64,000 bases of DNA from Candidatus Velthaea sp. (GTDB lineage: Bacteria; Vulcanimicrobiota; Vulcanimicrobiia; Vulcanimicrobiales; Vulcanimicrobiaceae): the NCBI GenBank assembly GCA_965214935.1, contig CBDCCS010000010.1:160001-224000 (forward strand). Reading direction: 5' to 3'. The notes under the pieces were generated by a model that made no database searches, was not told where the DNA came from, and saw nothing but the letters and a program-made list of their open reading frames with translations. The translations under genes were made by a program, and so were the position numbers. Shown here one piece after another: positions 19,373 to 29,470 of the stretch (positions are counted from its first letter, which is position 1; every line of letters begins with the position of its first letter).

Positions 19373-20158
19373 GTGTTGAAACCGGAAAGCCGTCCGTGTG
19401 ACCATTGCAGCTATAGCGAGCGGCTTTCGTTCAATTTTACGTTTGCGTTCCAGCCCATCGTCGACGTTCGTGCCGAGCAAATCTACTCGTATGAGGCACT
19501 CGTGCGCGGTACGAACGGTGAATCCGCCGGCTGGGTGTTGGAGCGGGTCAACGCCGACAATCGCTACCGCTTCGATCAAGCTTGCCGCATGCAAGCGATC
19601 GAGTTGGCAACACGTTTGGGAATGCGCACGCATCTCAATATCAACTTCATGCCGAACGCGATTTACGAACCAGAAAATTGCATTCGCTCGACGTTCGCGG
19701 CGGCCGAAAAATACGGCTTTCCGATCGAGCAAATTATCTTTGAGTGTCTCGAAAGCGAAGAACTTCGTGAGACCTCGCGCTTGGCGCACATCATGAGCGA
19801 ATACAAGCGCTTCGGGTTTTTGACGGCTATCGATGATTTCGGTTCAGGTTTTCGCGAACTCACCGCACTTGCATCGTTTCAACCCGACATCATCAAAATC
19901 GACATGTTGCTGCTGCGTGACGTCGATCGCGATCCAGCCCGCCGGGCGATCGTCCGCGGTCTGGTCCAAATGTGCCGCGAACTCGGTATTCGCGTGCTCG
20001 CCGAAGGCGTGGAAACGTGCGCGGAATATCGCTGGTTAGCCGGAATCGGCATCGACTTATTTCAGGGCTACTTCTTTGCCAAGCCGGCATTCGAGGCGCT
20101 GCCGACGGTTCGCTTCGATCTGCTGCGGACGCCGGTCGACGAACCTCTCGTGAGCTGA
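19373..20158 (+). CDS. Stand-alone EAL domain c-di-GMP phosphodiesterase
   Basis: FQPIV, YEALVR, NINF, AIDDFGSG, IIKID, AEGVE, FQGYFFAKP. Confidence 0.93.
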   Translation: MLKPESRPCDHCSYSERLSFNFTFAFQPIVDVRAEQIYSYEALVRGTNGESAGWVLERVNADNRYRFDQACRMQAIELATRLGMRTHLNINFMPNAIYEPENCIRSTFAAAEKYGFPIEQIIFECLESEELRETSRLAHIMSEYKRFGFLTAIDDFGSGFRELTALASFQPDIIKIDMLLLRDVDRDPARRAIVRGLVQMCRELGIRVLAEGVETCAEYRWLAGIGIDLFQGYFFAKPAFEALPTVRFDLLRTPVDEPLVS

Positions 20159-20159
20159 C

Positions 20160-22172
20160 TCACCCGCGCCCGTGTGCTTCGGCGTCCGGATCGTCCGTGT
20201 AATCGAGGTACACGAGCCCCAGCATAATTTCAAGCGCTTCGCCGTTCATCCCGCGGGCGCTCGCCGAATCGACGATCGAGGTGTGCCCGGACGCTGCTTC
20301 ATGCTCGATGACCGCCGGCGTCACGTTGAGATCGGCGCCCGCGATAACGGCCGCGGCAACGTCCCCGGGCGACAAGTCGTCGTGCAGCATCGCTTCATAC
20401 GATGGCGCGGTCGAACCGAAGCGGACGTCGAGTGCGCGTTTGAGCGTAGCATAGCGATCGGCTGACGATGCCACGCCGAGCATGTCGATATCGGCCACGA
20501 GTTGGCGAGCCCGCGCGAGCATGAACGATTGGTTCGCTTGTGCGGCAGCCGTCGCTGCGCGATCGATGGACGCGGTCGCCGTGCGCAGTGCCGGCGCGAT
20601 GCGCTGGGCGTCGGCGGGCGGAATATCGCCCGAATCATACGGCACGTGCGCGAGTTCGCGAACGAACTCGTCGAGGTCGCCCAACGCCGTTTCGAGCAGC
20701 GCGGTCGACGCGCTGGCGCCGTCGACGGCGCGCCCAAGATCGGCGTCGCTACGCGTCAGTCCGTCGATGATTCGCGGATAAAACGCGAATGTCGCCGATG
20801 CTTGCGGCGGCGGCGAATCGAGCCGTAACGGCGCTGCCAAGTCGTTGTAAATGTCATCGTTTCCACGAAACACGCCGCCGGCTTTATTATGCTCGAGCGA
20901 GCCGACTCCGGCGACCGTGTTCTGCAGTTTACCGATCGCACCGTTGAGGGACCGGCCGATCGTCGTGATGCTGCGAACCATCGCCTCGAGCCGGCCGCCG
21001 CGCTGCGGCGAAATTCGCGCTAAATCCGGCATCTCGTTCTGAATGTCCGTGAGGCGTCCGGTCAGCGCTTTGAGGGCATCGCGTGTCGCTTCCCGGCGGG
21101 CCGAAACACGCGCCGCACTCGATACATTGGCAGCCTGCGCTTGTGCGACCGCCGCGCGTAGCGGCGGCAGATTCGGATGCATGACGTCCAGACGCTTTTC
21201 GGTATCGCGTAAACCGTGAATGAGCCCCAGTGCGAGCGTACGCGTTCCGGCGGTGCCCGTCGCCGCGGCTTGAGCTAAATTCTGCTCGCCTTTCGCGGTC
21301 TGACCGAGCGCGATTTGCGCTTCGCCGAGATGATACATCGCGACGGTGTCGGTTGCATTCTTACGCAGGAGTGCGGCAAAATCACGAGCGGCGACCGCAT
21401 ACCGCGCTTCGTCGATATTGTGCAGCGCCGCGGCTTCACGCTGATCGGCCGTTCGCTTCGTCGGATCGAGTTGCGGATACCCGACGAGATGCGCGATCCG
21501 GTTCGGAACGCCGGGATGATCGGCAAGATACGTATCGATCGACTCGTGATTCTGCGTCTCGAGTGCGCCCAAGTGCGACATGAACGAGACCATCGCATCC
21601 GGATCGTAACCGGCGCGCGACATGAGCATCAGACCGTAGCGGTCGGCTTCCGTCTCATCGGTCCTTTCGATCTTGGCAATCGCACCGGCGCCGAGAAATT
21701 GGCCGAACGGCGCGAGTAACGGTGAGAAGATCGACCCGACCGAAAGCAAGATGTTGATCAGGCCGGCTTTATTCTGGGTGGTCACGGCGTGACGGCGTTC
21801 GATGTGACCGGTTTCATGACCGAGCACCCCGGCCAACTCGTCGTCGGATTGAACGAAATCAAGCGTGCCGAGATTCACGTAAACATAGCCGCCCAACGTC
21901 GAAAACGCGTTGACATCCGCGACGTCCATGATTTTGATGTTGTAGGGTACGTCTTTACGCGCGACTTGCGCCCAGAGTTTGGTCGTGATGCCGTTGACCC
22001 ACGCATTGAGCAGCGGATCGGTGACCACGTTCGTCGCGTCGGTAACCTGTTTATCGGTCTGCTTTCCTAATTCGACTTCTTGACCGGTCGAGAGCGCCGA
22101 CGCCGGCTGCACAACGCTCGCCGACAGCAACATGCAGCATAGTGCAAAACAGAGTCCGCGGCGCACGATCAC
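20160..22172 (-). CDS. Secreted M48 family metallopeptidase with TPR and a long helical C-terminal region
   Basis: Signal peptide; NAFSTLGG, ELAGVLGHETGH, E.EAD, AGYDP, DHP; start approximate. Confidence 0.85.
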   Translation of the reverse strand: MIVRRGLCFALCCMLLSASVVQPASALSTGQEVELGKQTDKQVTDATNVVTDPLLNAWVNGITTKLWAQVARKDVPYNIKIMDVADVNAFSTLGGYVYVNLGTLDFVQSDDELAGVLGHETGHIERRHAVTTQNKAGLINILLSVGSIFSPLLAPFGQFLGAGAIAKIERTDETEADRYGLMLMSRAGYDPDAMVSFMSHLGALETQNHESIDTYLADHPGVPNRIAHLVGYPQLDPTKRTADQREAAALHNIDEARYAVAARDFAALLRKNATDTVAMYHLGEAQIALGQTAKGEQNLAQAAATGTAGTRTLALGLIHGLRDTEKRLDVMHPNLPPLRAAVAQAQAANVSSAARVSARREATRDALKALTGRLTDIQNEMPDLARISPQRGGRLEAMVRSITTIGRSLNGAIGKLQNTVAGVGSLEHNKAGGVFRGNDDIYNDLAAPLRLDSPPPQASATFAFYPRIIDGLTRSDADLGRAVDGASASTALLETALGDLDEFVRELAHVPYDSGDIPPADAQRIAPALRTATASIDRAATAAAQANQSFMLARARQLVADIDMLGVASSADRYATLKRALDVRFGSTAPSYEAMLHDDLSPGDVAAAVIAGADLNVTPAVIEHEAASGHTSIVDSASARGMNGEALEIMLGLVYLDYTDDPDAEAHGRG

Positions 22173-22329
22173 GGCCGCACCGCGCGGCGTCGGCGTGGTG
22201 CAATACGCATGGAGTCGCAGCAATCGTCTCAATTTCCCGCGGAGCTTCGCCCGCGAACGGTAACTTTGCGCAGCCAGCGTAACGGGCAAAGCTGAGAATT
22301 CACCGCAAACGGCTTTGCGCCATCGGACG

Positions 22330-22971
22330 TCAACGTTCGGCGGGACTCGGTGCAGTTAAAGCGTCGACAAAGGCACGCGCATTGCGCGCGACGTCGGCGA
22401 CGCTCGTGCCGGGCTTGTACAAGGCCGAGCCGAGGCCGAAACCGGCCGCGCCGGCGGCGCGGAACGGTGCCATGCTTCCCGGGGTAATTCCGCCGACGGG
22501 GATGAACAGCGTTTCGGCCGGGAAGACGCTGCGCCAAGCTCGCAAAATCGCCGGACCGAGCGTTTCGGCCGGAAAGAGTTTGAGCGCATCGGCGCCGTTG
22601 GCTAACGCCGCGAACGCTTCGGTCGGCGTCGCGACGCCCGGCGTGCAGTACAAGCCGGCGGCCTTGGCGGCACAGACCACGGCCGGATCGCTATGCGGCA
22701 TGACGATGAGCCGTCCGCCGGCCGCCGCAATCGGCGCAATTGCCGCGGCATCGGTGACCGTGCCGGCGCCGATCAGACAGTCAGCCGGAACGACGTTCGC
22801 TAGTCGCCGGATACTTTCGAGCGGCTCGGGTGAGTTCAAGGGGATCTCGATAATGCGAAAACCGGCCGCGATGAGTTCCTTGCCGACCGGTTCGATTTCG
22901 GCCGGCGTTATGCCGCGCAGAATTGCGACGAGCGGACTGCGGTCGAGATACGTTCGAATCGGCGGAGACAT
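22330..22971 (-). CDS. dgoA: 2-dehydro-3-deoxy-6-phosphogalactonate aldolase
   Basis: PLVAILRGITP, IEIPLNSP, GAGTV, TPTEAF, LKLFPAE, PVGGI, GLGSALY. Confidence 0.9.
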   Translation of the reverse strand: MSPPIRTYLDRSPLVAILRGITPAEIEPVGKELIAAGFRIIEIPLNSPEPLESIRRLANVVPADCLIGAGTVTDAAAIAPIAAAGGRLIVMPHSDPAVVCAAKAAGLYCTPGVATPTEAFAALANGADALKLFPAETLGPAILRAWRSVFPAETLFIPVGGITPGSMAPFRAAGAAGFGLGSALYKPGTSVADVARNARAFVDALTAPSPAER

Positions 22972-22976
22972 CGCGT

Positions 22977-23939
22977 TCACGCGTAGTTGACCGGCGCGGC
23001 GATCACACCGGCTAACGCGGCGATCCGCCACAAGCCGGCCGGTGCGCTATTGTCGAAAATCGGCACGTTCGGGCAGCCGTAGGCCGCGAGCGCGCGGGCG
23101 TAGCGGGCGCACAGCAGCGGGTCGCCGACGAGCGTACACTCGGCCGCGCCGGTAAGCATCGCCGAGCGGACTTCTTCCCCGATCAGCAAGCCCGACAGAT
23201 AGTCCAAGCTTGCCGCAACATCTAACGACCCGTCGAGGACGAGCGAGCGGGTGAGGAACAGCAGCGGCATGATTCCGCGCGCTCCGCCGTTGCACGCCGT
23301 GCGGACGCCGCGATCGAACGCGGTGCCGTCGAGCGCGCCCGGAGCCGGGCCGGATTGCGCGATCGCTTTGACGGCGGGCCGCCCCAAGATCGACTGCGAT
23401 GCAAGCAACGCATACAACTCGCCGGTAATATAGGTATCGAAGCGCGCGATTCGGCCGGCGTCAACCTCGACCCACTTCGAGTGCGTTCCGGGCAGCACGA
23501 GTGTCGCCGCACCCGAGAAGCGGTCCGGGTCGAGGGCAAGCGCACCCGCAATTTGCGTTTCCTCGCCGCGCATGACGTTGGGCGCGGGGGCGCGCTGCTC
23601 GACGCCCGGAATAACGTACAACGCGCCCGCACGCGCGACCGGTACGGGCACTAGCGCTGCGGCGAGTTCGGCCGCTCCGGCCGGACAGGTTCGATAGGGT
23701 GTACGAACCCAACCCTCGCTGCTGCCGACCATACCGGCAGCGATAGCCGGCAGTCCGGGATACATGCGATCCCAGTCCTGCACGACCGCGGCAAATGCCG
23801 CCGCAAAATCGCCGCCGAATTGCGACATGACGCCCCACGGCTGCGCTGCCCGGGCCAATACGATGCCGCCGTCGCCCAGCAGGTACGCCCGCAGCGCCGA
23901 TGTTCCCCAATCAAGGCCGATAAGCCGCGGCTGCTCCAT
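22977..23939 (-). CDS. dgoK: 2-dehydro-3-deoxygalactonokinase
   Basis: DWGTSALR, GMVGS, VMRGEETQ, LPGTHSKW, TGELY, YLSGLLIGEE. Confidence 0.92.
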   Translation of the reverse strand: MEQPRLIGLDWGTSALRAYLLGDGGIVLARAAQPWGVMSQFGGDFAAAFAAVVQDWDRMYPGLPAIAAGMVGSSEGWVRTPYRTCPAGAAELAAALVPVPVARAGALYVIPGVEQRAPAPNVMRGEETQIAGALALDPDRFSGAATLVLPGTHSKWVEVDAGRIARFDTYITGELYALLASQSILGRPAVKAIAQSGPAPGALDGTAFDRGVRTACNGGARGIMPLLFLTRSLVLDGSLDVAASLDYLSGLLIGEEVRSAMLTGAAECTLVGDPLLCARYARALAAYGCPNVPIFDNSAPAGLWRIAALAGVIAAPVNYA

Positions 23940-24064
23940 GCAGCATCTCCTTCTGCGGATCGCTGGCGGCCGACGGTGCCGGTACGCAGCGATAGTAGGT
24001 TGGCAGCACGAACGGCCGGATACCTTGAGCGGCGGGCGCAGCACCGTCCAAGAATAAGTCGAGC

Positions 24065-24790
24065 ATGACGGAACTCCGAATCGGTACGAGCGGCTGGACG
24101 TATCGCGACTGGCGCGGGCGTTTCTATCCGCCGGCGTGTCCGCAACGCGAATGGCTCGCGTATTACAGCGGCCGCTTCTCGACCGTCGAGTTGAACGTAA
24201 CGACGTATCGCTTGCCGAAACCCAACGACGTCGTGCGCTGGTCGGCCGTTCCGGCAAACTTCGTGTACACCGTCAAGCTCAGCCGCTTGATCACGCATCG
24301 CAAAAATCCCGGTGAACCGCTGCGGTACGTCGAAAAGTACATGCAAGCCATCGCGCCGCTCGAACCGCATATCGCCAACCTGCTCGCGCAATTCCCGCCG
24401 ACGTTTGCACGCGACGATCGGGCACTATCTCATTTCCTCGAGCGCTTACCCGTCAGGTACCGCTATGTCGTGGAATTCCGGCATCCTTCGTGGTATGACG
24501 ACGCGGTGTATGCACGACTGCGCGAGCGCAACATCTCGCTGTGTCTTCACGATCTCGCCGGCAGCGCGACGCCGCACGTCGTGACCGGCAGCGTCCTGTA
24601 CATCCGGCTGCACGGGCCGGTTCGTGCCTACGCCGGTTCGTACCGGCGAGCGCGTTTGGAGAGCTGGGCGGCGACAATCCGCGGGCTGCTGCCCTACGTC
24701 GACGCGGGATTCGTCTATTTCAACAATGACGAACGCGGCTTTGCTCCGCGTAATGCCGCGCTGCTGCAACGTATCCTCGATCCGCAATAA
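24065..24790 (+). CDS. DUF72 (YecE) family protein
   Basis: IGTSGW.Y..W...FYP, VELN.T.Y, EFRHPSW, YIRLHG, YFNND. Confidence 0.92.
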   Translation: MTELRIGTSGWTYRDWRGRFYPPACPQREWLAYYSGRFSTVELNVTTYRLPKPNDVVRWSAVPANFVYTVKLSRLITHRKNPGEPLRYVEKYMQAIAPLEPHIANLLAQFPPTFARDDRALSHFLERLPVRYRYVVEFRHPSWYDDAVYARLRERNISLCLHDLAGSATPHVVTGSVLYIRLHGPVRAYAGSYRRARLESWAATIRGLLPYVDAGFVYFNNDERGFAPRNAALLQRILDPQ

Positions 24791-24825
24791 AGCCCCGTAC
24801 CTTCAATGAAGCGCGGCATGGCTGA

Positions 24826-25830
24826 ATGAAAGCGATCGATTACGCGCAGCTACGGGCAATCGTTCCGGGGCTGGTGTGTTCGGCAAGTATGGCGCTGCTC
24901 GCGACGCTGCTCGCACCGTTCGCGCCGATTCTTGGTGCGCCGGTTATCGCGATCGTCCTCGGTGTAGCTATTCGCGCCTTTGTACCGCTCGCTGCGGCGT
25001 TGCAACCCGGCGTCGCGTACGGTGCGCGCACGGTCTTGCAAGGCGCGATCGTCGTTTCCGGTTTTGCCATCTCGTTGGTCGGTATCTTTCAAACCGGATT
25101 GCGAACGCTGCCGGTCACGTTCGTAACCATCGCGGTGGCGCTGACGCTCGCACCGCTTGCGGGCCGGATCCTGCGGATCGACCCGCAGATTCGCGAACTT
25201 GTCGGTATCGGAACGGCGATCTGCGGTGCATCGGCGATCGCGGCCGTATCGGCGGTCATCGAAGCGAGCACTGCGGACGTCGCGCTTGCCGTGGCAACGA
25301 TCTTTTTTTACAACATCGTCGCGGTAGTGACGTTTCCGCTCATCGGGCACCTCTTGGCTCTGTCGCAAAGCCAATTCGGCATCTGGGCCGGGACGGCGAT
25401 CAACGACACGTCGTCGGTTGTTGCGGCCGGCTTTGCGTACGGACATGAAGCCGGCGTGCAGGCGACGATCGTCAAGCTGACTCGCGCGACGCTCATCCTG
25501 CCGATCGTCGCGGTCATCGCAGCATTGCGCGCACGCGCGCAACGGACCGCCGGCAAGCCGATTCCTTGGCGCACGATCGTTCCGTGGTTCATCGTGTGGT
25601 TTCTCGCAGCGGCGCTCGTCAATACCATCGGGATCGTTCCGGCGGCGTCGAAAGGCGCGATCGCTCAAAGCGCTACGTTCCTCATCAGTACTGCGCTTGC
25701 CGCGATCGGTCTCCAGACCGTCCCGGCAACGCTCGTACGGGCCGGACTGCGGCCGCTCGTCTTCGGTCTGGTTTTATGGCTTGCCGTTGCGTTTGCGTCA
25801 CTTGGAATGCAGCGTCTGACCGGCCTCTAA
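24826..25830 (+). CDS. YeiH / putative sulfate exporter family membrane protein
   Basis: GTAICGASAIAA, FGIWAGTAINDTSSVVAA, VKLTR, PWFI. Confidence 0.9.
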   Translation: MKAIDYAQLRAIVPGLVCSASMALLATLLAPFAPILGAPVIAIVLGVAIRAFVPLAAALQPGVAYGARTVLQGAIVVSGFAISLVGIFQTGLRTLPVTFVTIAVALTLAPLAGRILRIDPQIRELVGIGTAICGASAIAAVSAVIEASTADVALAVATIFFYNIVAVVTFPLIGHLLALSQSQFGIWAGTAINDTSSVVAAGFAYGHEAGVQATIVKLTRATLILPIVAVIAALRARAQRTAGKPIPWRTIVPWFIVWFLAAALVNTIGIVPAASKGAIAQSATFLISTALAAIGLQTVPATLVRAGLRPLVFGLVLWLAVAFASLGMQRLTGL

Positions 25831-26705
25831 GCGTCGTCGAGGCGATACGCATCGGCGGCAGTTCGGCCGAAGAACGCTTCGACTTGCGGCGCGTCGAGGA
25901 ACGCGTGCATCAGCGTTTGCGCGACGTCAACCACTTCTTCGTACGTTGCGGCAAGCAAACACACCGGCCAATCCGAACCGAACATCAAGCGATCAGCACG
26001 AAACGCCGCCACGATGTGCGCGACATACACCTGCAACCGATCGATGCTCCATCCGGTGCGGCCGGCTTCGGTGACCAAACCCGATATTTTGCACCAAACG
26101 TTGGGGCAGCCGCCGAGTTGAGCGATGCCGTCGAGCCAGCCGGCGGGCACCGTCGCGCCGGCAATCCTCGGCTTTGCGATGTGATCGAGAACGAATCGAA
26201 GATTCGTAAACTCGCGAACGACGGCGACGGCTGCCGGTAATTCGCGTTCGCGCACCAGCAAGTCGAAGGCGAGATCCGCAGCCTCGATCGTTGCCAAACC
26301 CCGTCGAACGTCAGCCCGTACGAGCCACGCGGCGTCAGCTTCATCATGCACTTGATGGCGAATGCCGACGAGCGCGGAACCGCCCGGCCCGGCGCGCAGC
26401 GCGGCTATGTCGGCGCCGAGCGTTTCGCTCGTGAGATCGGCCCAGCCGACGACGCCGGCAATCGACACGGTTCGTTCGGCGAGGGCCAGGAACTCGCGCG
26501 TTTCGGCAATGTCGGCGCGCGTCTGGACAAGGATCGTACGGGCGATGCCGGTCGCCGCAAGGTGCGGCGCGAGATCGGCTGGTTCGAACGCGCGCCGGAT
26601 CGGTTCGAGCGCGGCGGTCAGCCACGGATAATGCGCGCGCTCCGGATCCCAATAATGCTGGTGCGAATCGATCTTGTTCGGCCGCAAGGTCACGCCGGAA
26701 AGCAT
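25827..26705 (-). CDS. Amidohydrolase_2 family, L-fucono-1,5-lactonase-like
   Basis: IDSHQHYW, VGIRH, VLDHIAKP, KISGL, MFGSDWPV. Confidence 0.85.
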   Translation of the reverse strand: MLSGVTLRPNKIDSHQHYWDPERAHYPWLTAALEPIRRAFEPADLAPHLAATGIARTILVQTRADIAETREFLALAERTVSIAGVVGWADLTSETLGADIAALRAGPGGSALVGIRHQVHDEADAAWLVRADVRRGLATIEAADLAFDLLVRERELPAAVAVVREFTNLRFVLDHIAKPRIAGATVPAGWLDGIAQLGGCPNVWCKISGLVTEAGRTGWSIDRLQVYVAHIVAAFRADRLMFGSDWPVCLLAATYEEVVDVAQTLMHAFLDAPQVEAFFGRTAADAYRLDDA

Positions 26706-26736
26706 TAGCCGCCGTGCGCGCTAAGTATTGCCGATC

Positions 26737-27360
26737 ATGCCCGATTCGCTCGAAGAACTCGCAGCTTCCGTCGCTGCCTTGCGGGCGGCCGGCGGGCGCA
26801 TCATCTTGGGCATTGTCGGTTCACCGGGCGCCGGCAAGTCGACGTTGGCTCAAGCGCTCGTCGCGCGTTTAGGAGCATGCGCGGTGAGCGTTCCGATGGA
26901 TGGGTTTCACTTAGCGAACGCCGAGTTGCGGCGACTCGAACGGCACGGCCGTAAAGGCGCTCAGGACACCTTCGACAGCGGCGGTTACGTTGCGCTGCTG
27001 CAACGGATCCGCAGTCAGAGCGCCGACGAGATTGTCTACGCACCCGAATTCCGGCGCGAGATCGAAGAACCGGTCGGTAGCGCGATCCCGGTCTTGCCCG
27101 CGCACCAAGTCGTCGTGACGGAGGGCAACTATCTGCTGCTCGATAGCGGCCACTGGGCGGCGGTGCGCGCGATCGCCGACCAAATATGGTTTGTCGACGT
27201 CGATCCGCGGCTGCGGCTCGAGCGTTTGATCGCGCGACACATGCACTTCGGCCGCTCCGAACTCGATGCGCGCGACTGGGTAAGCCGGACCGACGAACCG
27301 AACGCGCAACTCATCGACGCCACGCGTTCGCGCGCGGACCGGGTCATTCACTTGGCGTGA
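26737..27360 (+). CDS. P-loop kinase of the FrcK/YggC (nucleoside/pantothenate kinase-like) family
   Basis: GSPGAGKST, PMDGFH, RKGA.DTFD, TEGNYLL, RH..FG. Confidence 0.85.
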   Translation: MPDSLEELAASVAALRAAGGRIILGIVGSPGAGKSTLAQALVARLGACAVSVPMDGFHLANAELRRLERHGRKGAQDTFDSGGYVALLQRIRSQSADEIVYAPEFRREIEEPVGSAIPVLPAHQVVVTEGNYLLLDSGHWAAVRAIADQIWFVDVDPRLRLERLIARHMHFGRSELDARDWVSRTDEPNAQLIDATRSRADRVIHLA

Positions 27361-27408
27361 CGGCGCGAGCGCCGCAAGCGGCGTTCGTCCGGCGGAAAGA
27401 AAAGCTTG

Positions 27409-28350
27409 ATGTCTACGACGGTCGGGGTGGTCGGGCTGGGCGAGATGGGCGGCGCTTTCGTGGAGCGGCTCCTTGCCGCGGGCCGAACCGTCACCGGTTG
27501 GAATCGCTCGCAAGCCAAAGCCGCACCGCTCGTCGAGCGCGGCATGCGCTGGGCGGCATCACCGGCCGAGGTCGCGCGTAGCGCCGACGTCACGATCGTC
27601 ATGGTCACCGACGCCGCCGCACTCGAAGCGGTGGTCGGCGGCGAACGCGGCCTATTAGCAGCGATCCGCGGCAAGACGCTGGTCGAAACGACGACTTGCG
27701 AACCGGCGGCGATCGTCGCACTCGGCGAGCGCGTGGGCGACGCAGGGGGACGGCTCGTCGATGCGGCGGTTCTTGGAAGTACGCTCACCGTGCGTCAAGG
27801 GAAGCTCGTCATCATGACCGCGGGCGACCAAGCCGCGATCGAGGCCGCGCGACCGGTGCTACTCGATATCGGTCCGCGCGTCGTCGGCATGGGTGAACTC
27901 GGAAAAGCCAAGACAATGAAGATCGCGCTAAACTTAAATCTACCGGCCCAAATTCTGGCGCTCAGCGAAGGGTTGTTACTTGCCGTAAAAAGCGGTATCC
28001 CGCGCGAAGTCGCTCTCGAGGTCATGCTCGCCGGAGCAATTGCTTCACCAATGCTGTCGTACCGCGCGCCGTTCATCGAAGCGATGCCCGCCAAAGCCTG
28101 GTTCGACGTCGATATGATGCAGAAAGATTGCGATTTAGCTCTAGCGCTCGGCAAGGAACTCGGCGTACCGCTCATGGCCACGGCGGTGAGCCGGGAGATG
28201 CTGTCGGCGGCGCGCGGTCAGGGCCTCGCACAGCGTGACTTCGCCGTTTTGTATTACGCTTTAGCCAATGCCGCCGGCCGCAGTGAATCGCCGACGATGG
28301 CCGCCGAAACGGGCATTGCGCCGCCTTCGACGTCCGAACGGCTACCCTGA
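27409..28350 (+). CDS. NAD(P)-dependent beta-hydroxyacid dehydrogenase (3-hydroxyisobutyrate/tartronate semialdehyde family)
   Basis: GVVGLGEMG, WNRS, DAAVLG, catalytic K..LN, KDCDLA. Confidence 0.88.
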   Translation: MSTTVGVVGLGEMGGAFVERLLAAGRTVTGWNRSQAKAAPLVERGMRWAASPAEVARSADVTIVMVTDAAALEAVVGGERGLLAAIRGKTLVETTTCEPAAIVALGERVGDAGGRLVDAAVLGSTLTVRQGKLVIMTAGDQAAIEAARPVLLDIGPRVVGMGELGKAKTMKIALNLNLPAQILALSEGLLLAVKSGIPREVALEVMLAGAIASPMLSYRAPFIEAMPAKAWFDVDMMQKDCDLALALGKELGVPLMATAVSREMLSAARGQGLAQRDFAVLYYALANAAGRSESPTMAAETGIAPPSTSERLP

Positions 28351-28372
28351 TCTTGGCTTGAGCGGCCGCAGT

Positions 28373-28594
28373 TCATACGCGCAGCCGCGTATTGCCGACG
28401 AGCAAGGGATAGTCTTCACCGGTCAATTTCAATGTGCCGCGGCTTTCGCCGAGCATGCCGGCATCGGTTAGCCGCATGCCGGAGATCGGAAACATGACTT
28501 CACCTTCGGGCGTCTTGCAATAGGCAGTCGCCGTATACTGCAGTTGATCTTCGGGCATGGCGGTGAGCAGATCGCGCAATTCGCGGTATTTCAA
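28373..28594 (-). CDS. Small hypothetical protein (73 aa)
   Basis: TTG-start ORF filling the gap after the USP gene; protein-like composition (MKYRELRDLLTAMPEDQL...). Confidence 0.6.
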   Translation of the reverse strand: MKYRELRDLLTAMPEDQLQYTATAYCKTPEGEVMFPISGMRLTDAGMLGESRGTLKLTGEDYPLLVGNTRLRV

Positions 28595-28633
28595 GGTCTT
28601 CGTCTCGCTTCGTGGGGGCCGGCTTGGTTCGGC

Positions 28634-29470
28634 TCAACGCACGGCGGCCGGAACGCCGCGCACGATGATTACCGGTACGTCGCTCGAGTAAATAACCGCT
28701 TCGGTAACACTTCCTTTAATGAGCCGCGGCAGGCCCTCGCGCACGTGACTCGCCATGACGATGGCATCGCACGCGTGGACGTCGGCGCTGCGCACGATCG
28801 CGTTCGGTATGCCATCGGCCAGCGGCAAGATCAGTTCTTCGGCCGTGACGCCGCCCGCTGCGGCTACCGACTTTGCGCGATCGAGGGCACGCATATCGAA
28901 GGTTTCGCCGCCGGACGTCTGGGCGGTGCAAAAATAGAGCGTCGCGCGAAAATTCTGCGCGAGCGCGACGGCATAGCGAACGGCGATCTCCGAGACATCG
29001 TCGTTTACGATCGGCACGAGAAACCGGCGTGCAAGCCGGCCGCGAGCCGGCCGGCGCACGACGCACAGCGGGATCATTGTTTCACGCAATACTTCTTGCG
29101 CCAAGCTTCGAATGAACGGGCGCAGTAAGCCGATGCGCGGTTTGATGCCGAGCACGATGAGTCCGGCGCGTTGCTCGCGGGCAAAGGCGACGACCCCCCG
29201 GACCGGATCGTCGACAAGAATTTTCCCGCTGGCACCGTAAGCTTGCGAATCGTGCGCCGCAACAAGTGCATCGTCAAGCAACTGTTGACTCATCTGCGTC
29301 GCAAGCTCGGCAAAGCACATGCCGCCGGCGCCGTCTTCGCCTAATGCCGGATCGATCGACATGCAGAAGCTGATCGGACTGCAATCTTCACGCGAAATCG
29401 TAATGCTCGCGCCGATTGCGTACTGCGCCGTCGGCGATCCGTCGACGATGACGACGATGCGCTCAAACAT
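28634..29470 (-). CDS. Universal stress protein, two USP domains
   Basis: MFERIVVIVDGS, LIVLG, DAIVMASH, GSVTEAVI...PVIIV. Confidence 0.9.
   Translation of the reverse strand: MFERIVVIVDGSPTAQYAIGASITISREDCSPISFCMSIDPALGEDGAGGMCFAELATQMSQQLLDDALVAAHDSQAYGASGKILVDDPVRGVVAFAREQRAGLIVLGIKPRIGLLRPFIRSLAQEVLRETMIPLCVVRRPARGRLARRFLVPIVNDDVSEIAVRYAVALAQNFRATLYFCTAQTSGGETFDMRALDRAKSVAAAGGVTAEELILPLADGIPNAIVRSADVHACDAIVMASHVREGLPRLIKGSVTEAVIYSSDVPVIIVRGVPAAVR

Noticed and set aside
23940..24257. Long N-terminal extension of dgoK given by the ORF track
   Set aside because: It overlaps the DUF72 gene on the other strand; the real start is MEQPRL after a GGAG RBS. Similar false extensions apply to the AroB-like gene, rsgA, the STAS gene and solA.
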